A stretch of 64,000 nt of DNA, from contig NC_043015.1 in NCBI RefSeq assembly GCF_006345805.1, positions 15,004,001 to 15,068,000 on the forward strand, given 5' to 3'. Of this stretch, positions 1-14,900 are shown in pieces; position 1 is the first letter of the stretch; each line of letters opens with the position of its first letter. Under the pieces are notes generated by a model that made no database searches, was not told where the DNA came from, and saw only the letters and a list, made by a program, of their open reading frames with translations. Source of the stretch: Octopus sinensis (Eukaryota). A program made the translations under genes and the position numbers.

Positions 1-1169
1 TAATATTTGACACAAAATTCATCTTCTGTCTATATATTGAAGCTGTCAAATGAAAATGTTTCAAAGTAAGACAGAGAAGTTTTTTAAGCCATATATGCTA
101 ATATATCCTATATTACTCCCATTTTATTGATTTCTGGCACAGTCATGGCTGTACTATGGTTCATCATAACACCCAAAATTATTAAGATATACTTCATAAT
201 CAAGGTCATATATAAAAGACCCTGCTAAAGCTGTGATTTGTTTCCAATTGTAACTTTAATCCAAAATATGAACGGGCCTGTAAGTGTAAGGCAAAAAAAA
301 ATTACATAAAATTTGTCTCTGGATTTTCTTTCATATTCAAATTGTGAATATTAAGTTAAAAATGAAATTGCAGATAATCAGCATCATTTCTACTTTGGTT
401 ATACCCCCATGGTTATACTTTCAGAAATAAACAAGCTTTGTTTTTAAAAACAAGCATATTTTGTGTATGTCAATTGTCCCAAGATCACTAATTTGTAGCA
501 GCAGTAGAGAAGCTATCCCTGAGCATCCATTTTTCAAATAGCTGTTAAATACTTACTGCTGAAAACAGTCAATACTCTCATACACTTTCAATCTGTTGAA
601 CACAATCAATACATTGGTATAGTTTTACTCTTAAAGAAATAAGTTCCTGATTCATTATACTATTTAACAAAATATTAACTTTTTTTTTGTCTGTCTTTGG
701 TTAATAAGTTTTATTTCCTATTTGCTTCTATCTAGAAATCAAAGGAAATGACTGCTTTTCCCTTCAAACTTTGCTTTTCTGACTTGGACATCAACATTTT
801 GAAACTCACCTATTTTCCATTACATTTCAGACAGATTCAGCACTGAGCTGCTGAAGCGGAAATATCATTATAGCAAATATTCTGGTCAATACCACAAATT
901 TGCTTGTCAGTTGCTTGATCTTAACCACTTGAGCATGTCCCTTAGTGACTAACAATATGTGCATCTCTTATTATAAGCAGGAGTAGTTAGGGAGCATCAT
1001 AGCCATGTGTTGAGAGGAATTCTTTGGGGTTTGAATAAATGTAAGAAATGCAAAATTTGAAGGAAATAGGTATTTTTCATGCTTTCTAGAAGTAAGCAAA
1101 TAGGAAATGATAGTTCTTACCCAAGGACAAAAATCGTGTTACACAGTGTTATCATATCTCCCAAGCAGT

Positions 1170-1285
1170 TCAAAACTCAAAATCAAAGTAGCCATTCTTG
1201 CTAAGAATTCTCCGAAAACGTTTTATTTTCTCTCTCAGGGTAGCATCTATGTGATATTGTGTTGGTGTCGTGGTATTGTTGACCT
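1170..1285 (-). CDS. Putative terminal coding exon of an unidentified gene
   Basis: Strong acceptor attgtttttttctccccatttcctaag|AG; longest open frame (E)VNNTTTPTQYHIDATLREKIKRFRRILSKNGYFDFEF*; several CpGs in a CpG-poor background. No partner exon identified. Confidence 0.4.
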
Positions 1286-1329
1286 CTTAGGAAATGGGGA
1301 GAAAAAAACAATAGAATGCCCAGAAGTGG

Positions 1330-1660
1330 CTATATGATAAGAAGCTTGCTTCCCAATTACATGGTTGTGGAACTAGTTCCACTGTGTGGCACCTTGGGCA
1401 GGTGTCTTCTACTTGATAGCTTTGGACCAACCGAAGCCTTGTGAACAGATTTGGTAGACAGAACCTGAAAGAAGCATATTGTATACACACACATATATCC
1501 CCCACAATTGCTTGACAACCATTGTTGGTGTGTCCCCTGTAACTTAGCTGTTCAGCAAAAGAGACTAATAGAATAAGTACCAGGCTTTAAAAAAAAAAGT
1601 ACTTGGGTCAATCCAACATTGTCACAATCTAATGGCTGAAACAAGAATAAAACTTTATTA
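1330..1660 (+). mobile_element. SINE family A copy, diverged
   Basis: gtggctatatgataagaagcttgc...ggcaccttgggcaggtgtc...gtaacttagc...aataagtacc. Confidence 0.8.
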
Positions 1661-1916
1661 CAGTGTTGATGAAAATACCATATAAATAATTTTAAAACCT
1701 AGATCTATAAATATATAAATAGTTTATCCAGAAAGAGTTGGGGGTATAAAAGTCCATAACAAACTGCAGCAGGTGTAGCCTTCACTAAGTGACAATTTTC
1801 ATCATTTTTAGGCAACCTTATTCTTAATATGTGCTTGCCACAAACATATGTTTAAAATAAACTAATCAAACTGACTTTTTCTGGTACAATAATTAAAATG
1901 CTAATTGGAGAATTGG

Positions 1917-2420
1917 CAGGCACAGGAGTGGCTGTGTGGTAAGTAGCTTGCTTACCAAACACATGGTTGAAATAAAAGAATAACTAATTCATCTTTTGAT
2001 TCTGCATTCTGTTAGCTTTCCATTCTCTGTCTTTTTCCTTCTCTTGAATGTATGTTTCTTATGGGTTCAACTCTTGCCAAGCCTACAAGCTTCCCTTCCT
2101 CCCTATTTCAGTTCAGTGGTTTTCTTTTAATATTTTTGCTTCCTTCTACAGTCATATGGTCTCAGGTTCAGTCCCACTGTGTGGTGTCTTGGGCAAGTGT
2201 CTTTCACTATAGCCCTGGGCCAACCAGTGACTTGTGAATGAGTTATATATAGAAACCCATCATATATGTGTGTTTGTTCCCCTGGTGTTGGTTATGTCCC
2301 CGTAACTTAGCAGTTTGGCAAATGGACCAATAGACTTTTAAAAAAATATCTGCTGTGGTTGATTTGTTTGACAAAACCTTTCAAGGTAGTGCCCCAGCAT
2401 GGCCACCATCCGATGACTCA
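1917..2420 (+). mobile_element. SINE family A copy split by an insertion (~1975-2150)
   Basis: Head at 1917-1970 stops at cacatggtt; the body resumes at catatggtctcaggttcagtccc (~2153). Confidence 0.75.
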
Positions 2421-5400
2421 TATAAGTAACAGATAGAAGATATATGTTTAAAGACATTTCTTCTATCAAAAAAAAAAAAAACAGTCCAAAGGTTGTGTGT
2501 GTTTTGTGGAGTCAATAAAAATAAGTACCAGATTTATTCTGGGGTTGAGACAGTCAACTGCATCCTCCTACAAATTTGCAGGCATTGTTCCATTATGAGA
2601 AAATATATATTCTGTTATCACTGTATTTAAGCACATATATTCTGATTGTTAAACTGAAACACTATATTCTTCTCTTTGTATGATGCTGTTTCAGTCATCA
2701 GAAATGTTTTCTTAAAGCATCTCTAAAAACATTTTATAATACCCTCCCTTCTCACTGCTTTTTAGCAAAAGATGCTAATTAAATGCTCATCATTAAAATA
2801 TTCTTTATAGTTTTGATAATGTTAAGATTCCTCTTACTGGCAATGTTTGCAACTTAATCTCGGTGGGAAATTTCTATCAAAGCATGTGATGAAAATTAAA
2901 TTATTTATCACTGTAAATACTAAATAGTAGGATGATGTTTATCTGTTGCAGAAGCCTAGCCTGAAGAAGAAGATAAAATCTAATTTGATATATATATATA
3001 TATAAGAGTTTTTTTTTATAATTATCATGTCTTGCACATTTTCTAAAAGGAAATATGCCATAGGTGGTCTGTTTTTTATTCTTGATTATTATGTCTCTGC
3101 AATTTCTATTTTAATTATGCCTTTGCTATTCTGTTTGCTGTTTCTGGTATAGTTGGATTTATATTTCTACCTAGACTACTGTTTTACCTGGTATCTGTTT
3201 CACAAAGTACCCTTTGTGTTAACCCCCTTTTCTTTCAAATGAGAAAAAATTCCAGAATTTCTAGTTAAAAAGTTTTTTTTTGATTATTTCTTTTTCCATT
3301 GTTTTCGTCAAAAAAGAAGTTGTCCATTGCTTTTACAAGCTTTCTATGACTGATGAGATGGATGCAGTTATTTTTGTACCAAATATTCAAATATTAGAAT
3401 TTTTTTTTTGCTTATTTCCATGTATCTTACCTGTTAATCATCTTCAGAATCAGAAAAGATTTATTAATTAGCTATTTAAGGGCTTTTAGTCTTTTATACC
3501 TTTTATAAATTTACTCTCATTAATAAATTGTATAAACTCTTTTTTTTGGGGGGGGGGGTTAATGATTCAGTTATAGGTGCCTCATTTTAGCAATAAACCT
3601 TTTACGGTACTCAGTAGTTCTGTATTTATCTGCTTGTTGAACAAGAATATTTCTACCATTCGTGAATATTTTGGAACTGAGCTATTCATTTGATGAGTTT
3701 TTTCTTTTAATTTTCTTTATTTTATTTTTTTATTTATAAGAAAATCACAGTTGCATTTATTTTCTGTTAGAGAATAAATGTAAATGAAAAGTAAAGCAGC
3801 AGCACCAGATGCTATTACTATCAGTGTCCAAAGAATCAGAAGTCAGTGTGATGTATAATAGTACAATCATTGTTTGCAATGGAATATGACAGAATCTCAA
3901 ATAGGCTAACTGGGAATCAGCTCTAATTCTATTAAGTATGTTGATGTGATTAACAGTATGACCACTCTAGTATTTAAGTCTAAAGACATTTTTTGAATGC
4001 TAATAGAAGATAAGTTATTACCAAGGTGACTTCTGTTTAGAATTATGAAGTAGGACACATGATAATATGGTTCAGGGAAATGTTTCTAGTGTTTGTGACT
4101 TGTTTTTGTAGGATGAGTACTGTATAATGTCTGTGAAAGGGGTTAATGAAGACAAACTATGCAGTAATACAAAACAAATTGAGTTTAGAATATATTGATG
4201 TTTTGTGATGTAGAAGTGTATTCATTCTCTGCTGGTCTTGGAAAATATTCTCAAATTTGGTGGAGGAATGTCATTTGTAAATTGTGAATTAATGTTTGGA
4301 ACTCTCTATAAAAAAAACCTTTCCAGTTGAAACAACTCTACAAATGAATCTGTGCTGATGAAATTTTGTTAATGTTTTTTGATTCCTTTGCTAATTATCT
4401 TAATTCAAACCTTCAAGTGGCCCACTTATGTGTAGTAGTTATTATAACTAGTCTGGATAGTAAATTAATTAGATATTCATTACAGTCAAGGGAAGCTGGC
4501 TCCATATGTAATTTAATTGAGCTTAGGATTTCAGAAAAGGAGAAAACTTATTGAGAGTTCAACAAATGGTTTCTTTTTTTCCCCCCTGTATCACTTGTTA
4601 ATTTAATATAAATGTGGTAATTTTTTCTTTTCTTCATCCATAAATCATTAATTATATAGGGCATACTTCTATGTCTTCTCTGGGTCTATCTTGCTTGGTC
4701 CATTTTGAATACTCAAGTCTTATACATTCCTAATACCGGTCTCCACGTTTATTTTCTCTTAGTTGTACATGTACCACTTCAGTTCTGTTTCGATGCATTA
4801 GTATATGTTGACAGTTTTTAAGTGCATCTGTTTTTAGTTGGAAAACTAGACATTCAAGTTACACAAATGTTTTTTTACAATTTGTTAAGAATGAGTCATA
4901 CACTATTTTGAACTTAAGTATGTGTGTGTGAATGTCTGAACATATTAAATTGATATATTAGTTTATGAATTAGTTCTTCATTGAAATGTTGTAGTAACAT
5001 TTAAAACTAAATCAAATGGCCTAAAATTTAATTTAGCAGCCCATACAACTTTTATATTGATTTAATGTCTCTTTAACTGTTCAGTCCACTCATACTTGTG
5101 CTTTAATGGTGGGTTGACTCCATAGACCATAAATTGCTCTCACACTTTCAACTGCCAGTTAGAAACATTTCACATGATGATAATTGAAATATCACTTTTC
5201 AAAAATATCTGTGGTAATGGCAGGAAAGACTTGCCAGTTGTAGAAGACATTTTGATTAGAGTTAATAAAATTTAGACATGTAATACATTAAAAAGTTTCT
5301 CATTTTCATTGATTGAGGACTTCATGAAAATAATGCTTTGCTCCATAGTCTGTAGTTTTAGTGGATGAGACAGATGCCACTGTTCTTTATTACATGATAC

Positions 5401-6587
5401 CTATTTTTCAATTATAGACACTGAAATAAGTTCGAGTTGTGTGACACAAGTCATAACAAGGTTCCATTAGCAATTTTATAACTCATAAATATTGTTAATT
5501 TAATATTTTATCCTCTCTAAAATATTCGAGTAAGAAAGACAAAGCTAACATATGTAACAATGCTTTGTGTCTGTTTTGTATTTTTGTCAAATAAAATTTC
5601 CATTCAGTGCAGGTTTTCTTTACGTCTATGACATTGCTCATGGCTTGTAATGGCAGGCAGTTTCATTTGTTGTCCTCGATTTTCTGTAGTTCAGTGCCCC
5701 ATTTCAGCAAGTGGTGTTTTACACTTCTTATCCACCACCACCACTACAACCTCTTTCCATGTTACGCTAAAAATAGAAATTGAATAAAACCAAGCTAATT
5801 TTGCACAACAGTTTGATACCCATGTTTTCTATATTATCCTATCCAGCATGTGCCTCTTCTTAGATATTTGCATGAACTAGTATCATCATCATCATCATCA
5901 TCATCCACCTTCCATACTGGCATGGGTCAGATGGTTTGAAGCTGGCTTGGCAGGAACCTCCGCCAGACTTCTGTGTCTGTTTTAGCACAGTTTTTACAGC
6001 TGGATGCCCTTCCTAACGCCAACCACCCAGCAGAGTAGACACTTAAAAACTGTATTCTCTACAAATTTTTTATGGAAATTGCCAAAGAAGGTGAGGACAT
6101 ATATGATGAAACTATTGGACCATGGCACATCATCAATTGTGTTTCTGCTCATATTTTAATCCTGATAAAGTTTTTTGAAAATTTATTTTAAAATAGAAGT
6201 ATTGTACTTGGTTTAGAAATTTCATTTCTGGCACGTAAAAAGCACCATCCGACCGAGGCCGTTTGCCAGCCCCATCTGGCACCTGTGCCGGTGGCACATA
6301 AAAAATGGTTGGCGTTAGGAAGGGCATCCAGCCGTAGAAACATTGCCAGATCAGACTGGGCCTGGTGCAGCCTTCTGGCTTCCCAGACCCCAGTTGAACC
6401 GTCCAACCCACGCTAGCATGGAAAGCGGATGATGATTTAAACCTCCACCACCACTGTTGGATTTCCTTGGCATTGTCCCCTTCCTTGTGATCCACAATGC
6501 TTGCCTGTGACTGCTCCTGGTTCTACAATACAAACTTATTTTAAAGTCATCTAAATTAAAACATTCCATCAGAATTTCATGCTCTGA

Positions 6588-6752
6588 GACATAGGAGTGG
6601 CTGTGTGGTAAGTAGCTTGCTTACAAACCACATGATTCCGGGCTCAGTCCCACTGCGTGGCACCTTGGGCAAGTGTCTTCTACTATAGCCTTGGGCTGAC
6701 CAAAGCCTTGCGAGTGGATTTGGTAGACAGAAACTGAAAGAAGCCCGTCGTA

Positions 6753-6803
<51 letters not shown>

Positions 6804-7010
6804 ATATGTTTGTGTTTCTGTGTTTGTCCCCCCAGCATCGCTTGACAACCAATGCTGGTGTGTTTACGTCCCCGTAACTTAGCAGTTTGGCAAAAGAGAC
6901 CGATAGGATAAGTACTAGGCTTACAAAGAATAAGTCCTGGGGTTGATTTGCTCGACTAAAGGCGGTGCTCCAGCATGGCCACAGTCAAATGACTGAAACA
7001 AGTAAAAGAG
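6588..7010 (+). mobile_element. Full-length tRNA-derived SINE (family A), internal (TA)n(TG)n
   Basis: Head ggagtggctgtgtggtaagtagc...ggctcagtccc (box A/B-like), CORE-like ggcaccttgggcaagt, tail gactgaaacaagtaaaagag. Many homologues in the window. Confidence 0.9.
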
Positions 7011-10000
7011 TATGTGCTAAACACCAGCTTGATATTAATTACAAAGTTATTTTTTTCTAAATTCTTCATTATTTTCAACATAAATTGAAACAAATGCAGT
7101 GGATTTCAACAGAAATATAACAAAAGGTTTCAGAACCTTGGTCCAGTGTAATAAAATATAAAACCTTCCTTTAAATGAAAGTCCAGTTAATTTATTTCTT
7201 GGACACCTCCATTCTAGTTTTTGCAATGTAATATCAGGGGAAAAAAAGATTGGTTTGCAAAAATATATGCTTTACTTAACATGTTTACCCATTAATTAGT
7301 AAAAAAAATTGGCATCTCCATTATATTACTTGTACATATTGACATCAGGTAACTGAAAGGCAAAGATGATACTAAAACCTTAATACCATTAGTTGGTGAT
7401 ACTACTTGCCCTTGATATGTAAGGCAATAGCACAAACATACTTACATTAAGATATTTAATGAATTTCTCCAATTTCATTTTATTTGAAACAATAACTTGT
7501 AGTTTTCATATTCCTTTTCTCTGAAATTGAAATTTATATTGGTTTAATTTCTCCTTAAATAGTTCCGCATGGTAATTCCATGTAAACAAGAGAAATTTTA
7601 ATTTCTGTTTATCATTTGTTGTAAAAGGGTTAAATTCATTGGCTTTTTAAATGAGCCATGTACTTGGTTTTATTTATAAACTATCACATGAATGAGTTTA
7701 TCTGTGAGTTAAGTTGTCAGAATTAAAATAATGAAAAAAACACACAAGTAAATGAATCAAACCTCACTTCAATATAAAACTTCTAACAACAGGCAAAGTA
7801 TTTTTCAGAAGCCAATTTTATCTAAAGATACAAGATTTGCTGTTATCTCACATTGATAAAGCTTTGAGAAAAGGGGGTTTTATCTGGGCACTACATAACA
7901 AATGTTACACACAGAAGTCTACTTGTTTGCTAGTTTTATAATAGAGTATATATAACAGTTTTCTAATAAAGTATCTATAATAGACCTATTATAGAAGCCA
8001 CTTTGTTCTTGTTGAATTCCAGCTGAGTGATGATGAAAGGTGTTGCAGCATGGACCATTCCATTTTTTTTTTTCCATTCAGAACTATATTATCCTTTTTT
8101 TCATTTCTTTTCTTTTTGTAAAATGTAAAAATGGTATGATTTGAGCAAAATTTGACTACAAATTCTAGCAGGTTGAGTAACTACATAGAGGCTCTTTCAT
8201 TGATATAAGAAACTAATCTTAGTTGTGTCTGAGAAAATTGTAATTCGTTTCCCCAAAGGTCTTTTTGTAGTCTCCATACTAGAAGATTTGACCTTGTTTA
8301 TATATAATCTCATCACAGAGAGAATGAATATAACCTAGCAATATGGTTTATTTTTATACATGAAAATGACTTATGTTGATGTCTAACATTGGCACATAAT
8401 CAGAAATTTGTTGCTGTTTGCAAGAATTGGAGTTATAATAGCTTGGATTGATAAAGTACATAACTAGTCCTTATTTTATTAATAACCCCTGGGGAAATGA
8501 AAGGCTAAGTTGATCATGACTTTAAACTCAGAAGTTAGAGAGAAGAAACTAAATATTGAATGCCATTTAATCTCATGCACAACTGTTTCTGACACTCCAC
8601 TGTTTTCAAAGTAACTAACAGAACAGAAAATGTATATAGATTTTTGTTTTTTATATCTGTTCTTGTATGAGTCAGCTAATTCAAACATTTCCACTATCCA
8701 AGCAGGTTGACATTTCTATATCTAATTTCTGTGTTACTTAATGGTGTTTTGTTTATATTTTCTAAGCTTGGTAGAACGAGGTATATAATGTGCTCTATTT
8801 TTTTTTTTTTAAGACTCCAAATTTGGTTGATACTAATCACTGATTGTACAGTTAGGTGGTATCTAAATATCTAAATAATCACCTAGCTACTCCTCATTTC
8901 AGTATGGAAGCTGTTGTCTGGTGTCGGTATGGAAATATTAAAATGATCAGCGTTGTAACATGTCAATGAGTAATAATAATAAGTCACTGAAATTAGTGAA
9001 ATGATAGATGTAAGAGAAGCAACACATGTAGCTGTAGAAGTACTGCTTAATGTTGTATATTTATATCCAGTAAATTTCTGGCATGTCATGTGTGTATTCT
9101 AAATTATGTATTCATGGAAAGCAACCCTTTATGCAGGTAACTTTTTTGTTAGAGTAGCAAGAAAGTAACTTTGTTCTTTACACTTAGGCAGTAATTTGGT
9201 ACCACATCGGCAAACAATAGATATATAATGTGTCTGCTGTGGTATTTGTCATTGGAATCTGTTGGATACAGAAATATACTTTTTATTACTTAGACACCCT
9301 AATTAATACTAGTGACAATTTTGTGGTTGAACTCCTGACCAGCCTCAATTGGGCTGACCTATAATCAAGGATATTCCAGCCATGACCATCCCATCATTGT
9401 CTTTTCTGCAGGGGATCCATGACTATTACCTATTGTGTCCCTATTCTAAGAGAGTAGAGTGTGATTTCTGGGAGATTTGACTGCAATTTCTAACTGTTTG
9501 AGCAATCATGTGAAGGCTCCCTTCTTGCCTCATGATAATGTCTGTAAAATACCATGGTGACTTGAAGTTAATAATAACATATAGCCATAAGTGACAGACA
9601 TTCTCTGAAGCTGGCAATGTGCTTAAAATGACAATTATTGGATTAATAATATGGAATTTAGCAGATTAAAATTGGAGAAGCTAAGAAATAAGCTAAAATC
9701 CAGGGAGGGTATCAAGTAATACATATGCCTTCTTTATGATAAATGTGGCTTGACAGTATAGTATTACTTCATTCAGAAGTTGGCATTGCAGATAATGATA
9801 TGTATGTTGCATTAAAAATGTCAGCATGTCTGTTACTAAAGGAATTGTTGACATCTAACCCAGATTCTCTTAATACTTTACACATATCTGGAGTATGGTA
9901 GAATGAGGAAGAACTAGACTGAACATAATCAGTCATCTATGTGCTGTACTGGATTTGTCAATAAATTTTGGTAAAAAATGTTCATTCAGTTTTGCTTCAG

Positions 10001-11439
10001 TTATGCTGACTTGAACTCATTTTTACTATTGATATTCTTTTACTGTTCTAGTTTCTGCTTGAATATAGTGTGGGAATGTGTGAAATATCCCTTTGGTTGA
10101 AATTTAATAAAAATCTATCCCACGTGTACACTGAAAGTGAAATGTCATCCAAAGGTTTACAAATTTGACACACCCTATAAGAAAATAATTTAACATTTTG
10201 CTATGGTTTATTTATTTATTAGACTAAAAACTTATTTAATTTTGCCAAAAAGGGTTGCAAATGCCTAGCTTGATGACTTGCTTGTTGTCCATATAGAAAA
10301 GTTTTGAATAACAAAATTATTTTTGTGTATTTTGGTGGTGGTTGTGTGTGTGTGTGTGGGGGGGTGTCATCATCTTAAATATATTTTGTTATGTTTTACT
10401 GAAATTACAATACAAAGCTTGCCACTGCAAACATTTTAAACTAATAAATCATTTCCTATCTACCTGCATAGATCAATCAAACCCTGAAAGGAAGCTACAA
10501 CTTGGAGATAACTGATTTTTATATGAAAGCTGTTGTGCTAATAGAGAAATTGTGGCAAATGAATCTTACTATTATTATAATGGTTGATTTCATAGAATGA
10601 ATATTGGCTGTTCCAATTAATTTTACCATTTGATGATTATCATCAGCTTAACAGAGATCTAAATCTCATTTGTTTTTATTTCCAATCCTACACAGCTACC
10701 CTACTGATTCTGTTGTGCCTAAGTTATCTTTCATCTCCAGACTAACATCTGTGTTCAGCATTTACTCCTTTTTTTTTCCTCTTCATCACCCCCTTTTTTT
10801 TTAATTAATTCCCTACATAATGAAATGCTGCTCTTACCAATTTTCAGTTTGAACATTTTCTTGCCTCTTATTTGGCTTTCTTACAAATCTATTGTTTTGA
10901 TAACACAGTAAAGAACATCATGGTATCTAGCTCCAATCTTGTTATATTCTCTGGTGTAAAACAACTGGTGGAGTTCAGCTCAGCTTTAGGCATTCTTCCT
11001 TAAAAACAAGGCTTTGTTTGTGATGATAGAAAATTGACATCACTTACATCTTATTAATTTTTGTGTCTTATTACCTCATAGTGTCTTTAGATTTGAACTC
11101 ATCAGCTCTTCCCAAATATTCTTTAATCAAGTACCATGGGTACTCTTTGACAGCACACAATATTTTTCACTTATTTATTTATATCACATCTCCATGCAAA
11201 CTGCCCCAGCCTCTGCACATCTTCCGCGTCTTTTATGCAGCATATGCACACACACACACACACATAAAATAAGTTTCTATAGAGTTTTTGCTGCCAAATT
11301 TCACTCACAAGCTATTAGTTAACCCAAAACCATGGTAGAAGACACTTTCCTTCAGTACATAGTTATGAAGTGAACATCTTAACTAAGCAGCTATGCCTAT
11401 GCTATCTGATGGGCAAGGAAACCTGCCATTAGATGTGAA

Positions 11440-11990
11440 TTTCCGATCCTTTGATCCTGCAGTGTTTTCAGTGTTTCTGTTTATGAAATCAATACAAGTC
11501 TCGATGTGTATAATGTGTAAGTAATCTCTGTTTAAGGAATCTCTGATTAAGGAAGAGGAATAGGTGATGTCATCTATAAAGGACCAAGTGTGATTAGAAG
11601 TAAGAGTGAGAAGCTAATTAATGTAATGGGAGACATTAGGAATCTGGGGCACACCAAGGTTGGAAAGAGCCTTATTGATGCTTGTACAAACAGGCTTCCA
11701 TTCAAAGAGATGATAGATGGAAGACTTGCATGCATAGGTAAGTTTAACTTGAAGGTTCTCATGCCACACATGGTCAAAAGCTTTGCTAATGTCAGCATAA
11801 CATTTTACTTTTGCTGAAGTTCTGAAAAATAGAAAAACACTGATGTGACAGCGATGAATAGAAACCATATTGGTGGTCAACGAGATGCCATTGTTTCCAT
11901 TTGTTTTGGGATGTTGGAGGCAAGGTCGATAAAGTCATTAATTTATGAAGTAAGAATTTTCTTGACCCGATAAGCTGCCTTGTTTAAATA
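11440..11990 (-). mobile_element. L2/CR1/Jockey-group RT fragment
   Basis: DISKAFDHVWHENLQVKL and LGVPQ motifs in ORF 11614-11880. Confidence 0.7.
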
Positions 11991-14900
11991 CCATAAATAC
12001 CCTTTTGCATAATTATATTCATTGTTTCAGACACAGTCATCTCTCTATTGGCTGATATGTACTCATGGGATAATTGACTGTGTCCCTAATCCGTTAATAC
12101 TTGCTGTATTATATACATACTACTTAAATACATGCACACACACACACACGTTTTACAATCATCATCTGATTTGATCATTCTTTGAAGAGCTTTTATTGCT
12201 GCTGCTTGGTGATCTGTTCAAAGATTATCAATTATATCCAATTATATTTCTAAATGGTTTTAAACCTTCATTATTCATATATCATTTAATCTTCTGTTTA
12301 TATATTTTGAAACTACTGCTAGCATTTTGTTGTATATACTTCTATATTTAATATTTATTAAAATGATGGCCAGGAAACTTGGGATCTATTTCCTTTCTGT
12401 CATTCTACAATTTGTAGAATACTTATGGTTTTTAAATTTACTAAAGTAGATTAGGAGAGCTTGTTAATTTACTGTTCCGTTATCTTTACTGTTATGATAA
12501 ATAATTAAGACTGATGTTGAAGATTATCAATTTGGACAAGTTCGTATGCTACGAGGAGAGAAGTAATCTGGTATTTCAAGACTGACTCTTTATCTGAGAG
12601 AGTGAAAGAATTTTCAGATGAAGAGTCATCTTTCTCTTCTCCCCACAGCATACAAATTTCTCCAGTCATTGAGTAATTTTTGTTGATGCCAACCACTACC
12701 AATTTCGTAGGCCTTTGTTTCATATCAATACACATGTTTTACAATATTTTAAGATATTCATGTTTGAAATGTATTTTTTTCCCACGTCTGCGTATATCTA
12801 ATGGTTTTTTTTTTTCTTTTCTTCATTGCAGGTTAATAGTGTGGACTGTTTATCCTACTTCTGATTACCTATCAACTGAAAAACTGCCTGTGAATTTACA
12901 CTGACAATTCAATTTGTTGTGTGCAAGCATTGCGGCTGTTAATCAGTGTTTGGAAACATTCATTCTTGCTGACTAGTTGGTTCCTGATTGTCAGATTGGT
13001 TCTACCAGCTGCTGCTATCATCACCATTTAATCAAATATCAGACATCAGTTTCTCCATCTGCAGCTACCAGCTCTGTTCATCAACCAATTATCAAATAGT
13101 AATCTTGTGACCTCTTCACCTGACATAAATTGGTCATCTTCTGAATATTTCTGCGAATACTTTCAGTGAGAGTACACATTTCCGCAGTTCTGTTTGAATC
13201 CATGTTGTAGAGGTTCTGTCTACAGTGACATCTTATAGACTTTATCGCCATCATAGTTGCATGAACTTAAAGAGTCTTAGAAGAAAAAAAAAATCAGTAA
13301 AACAAAATCAAGCATTAATATATCAAAGTTGAATCAATTCATGTCCTTGTTTAGGTGCTTTCAGAAAAAGCAAAATCAACCCCTCTGCTTATCTTTTTTT
13401 TTTTTTTTTAATTTTATTTTATATCTAACTTTTACTTTTCTAAATCTACCATATACTCTGGTTTGAAAATACTGAGGAATCTAATTTTTAGATATATTTT
13501 CTAAAAGGAAAAACTTCACTTTCTATGAGCTCTAGTTATCCTTTTGTGGTCAAAGACATATGGAAGTCACTAGGAACTTCGCCGCTGTCTGTCTTTGATT
13601 TGTTGCTGTATCATGAAGTTGTTTTTTTATCAACAATCAAATTTTGCATTCAACATCCATTTCTTAGCAACCTCATGAGTATGAAAAATTTTGATGTAGT
13701 GTTTTCTACATTATCCAACTGAAACATACTGGCAAAAAGCCAAGGAATATATCTTTAACATCTTTATAATAGTATTTTTATAAGCATGTTTAAAATTTAT
13801 ATTTGAAGATTGATTTTGAAAAGTATCAGTTCTAGGAATTCTTTAGAAATATTATTTTAGTTTGGTCATTTTACTTATGTTAAAAGACTACAATTATAAT
13901 AATATGTAGCTTCACTTTTAGAAATCTTGAAGCTAAAAATTAACTCAACCAATAAACACCACCTTTTGAAAGCTTTGCTTCTGTACGAATCTAGTTATTT
14001 GATGGTATTACTGAAAATACATAGTGAAATGTGCCTAGAGTCAGAGGAATGATCATTTCAAGCCAGACATATTCACCCATCCAGCAAAGATTAAATGCTG
14101 AATACACAGCAAGATAACAAGAGGTCAGTAAGTGTTGTGCTCATGTCTTCTTTTCCTCATGAACTCTTAACAAATTTCTCCTGCCATTAGAGTTTATAAG
14201 ACAGTGCAGTATGATAATTTCATCTAACATTTAAAAACTCACTTACAAATCTCTGCTGACTGTTTATTTTTGACTGTTTTGTTTTTGTAATTAAATTTGC
14301 ATAAAGTGCGCTGTCACTTGAACATTATGTTATTAAAGCTCCTGCAGAATGTTTTTGCACTAACTTCCTAAATAAAAAGACTAATTATAATTATAATAGA
14401 TGAGCTGAGGTTTTAATATGAAAATTTGAACTAATGTGCTTCTTATTAGAAATATCTACTGCTAGTTACTGCAGTAGTTCAGTTTTTTTGTTTTTTTTTT
14501 AATGCCATATTATTTTGGCTTGGTTACAGTCATTTGTAATCATGTAGACTGAAGTTCTAACAAATTTAATGCTTTCATCTTTGATCTGCAATACTGAATG
14601 AAGCCTTTGTCACAAAACCAATCTCAATGTCTTTCATATAGTTCTATGAGTCTAAATACTGATTGTCCAAACTGTGCTTAGATCAGCGCAAAACCCTAAA
14701 TCCCACAGCTTTAAATGTATAATGGTGACAAATAGAACTGTGTATTACAGTCATCCAAAGATTTCTGCGACTTTTTGTACAACTTTAGTTTGCATTAATT
14801 TTTATATATTTTTTTATCTAAGAGTTCAATCTTATTTAGTTACATCATCTATATCAAGTTCTAAAGTCAACAGATTACTCATAGCTAGTAGGAATATAGG

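Noticed and set aside
1238-1337. Plus-strand acceptor and frame GSIYVILCWCRGIVDLLGNGEKK
   Set aside because: It overlaps the more protein-like minus-strand candidate and runs into a SINE head.
5150-5400. Possible hAT transposase remnant (LVDETDA)
   Set aside because: Single short motif, no TIRs, multiple stops.
5600-5770. GC-richer segment with splice-like sites on both strands
   Set aside because: All frames stop early or give no recognisable peptide.
6588-6660. tRNA-like sequences at SINE heads
   Set aside because: Box A/B-like motifs continue into SINE bodies with no complete cloverleaf; not tRNA genes.
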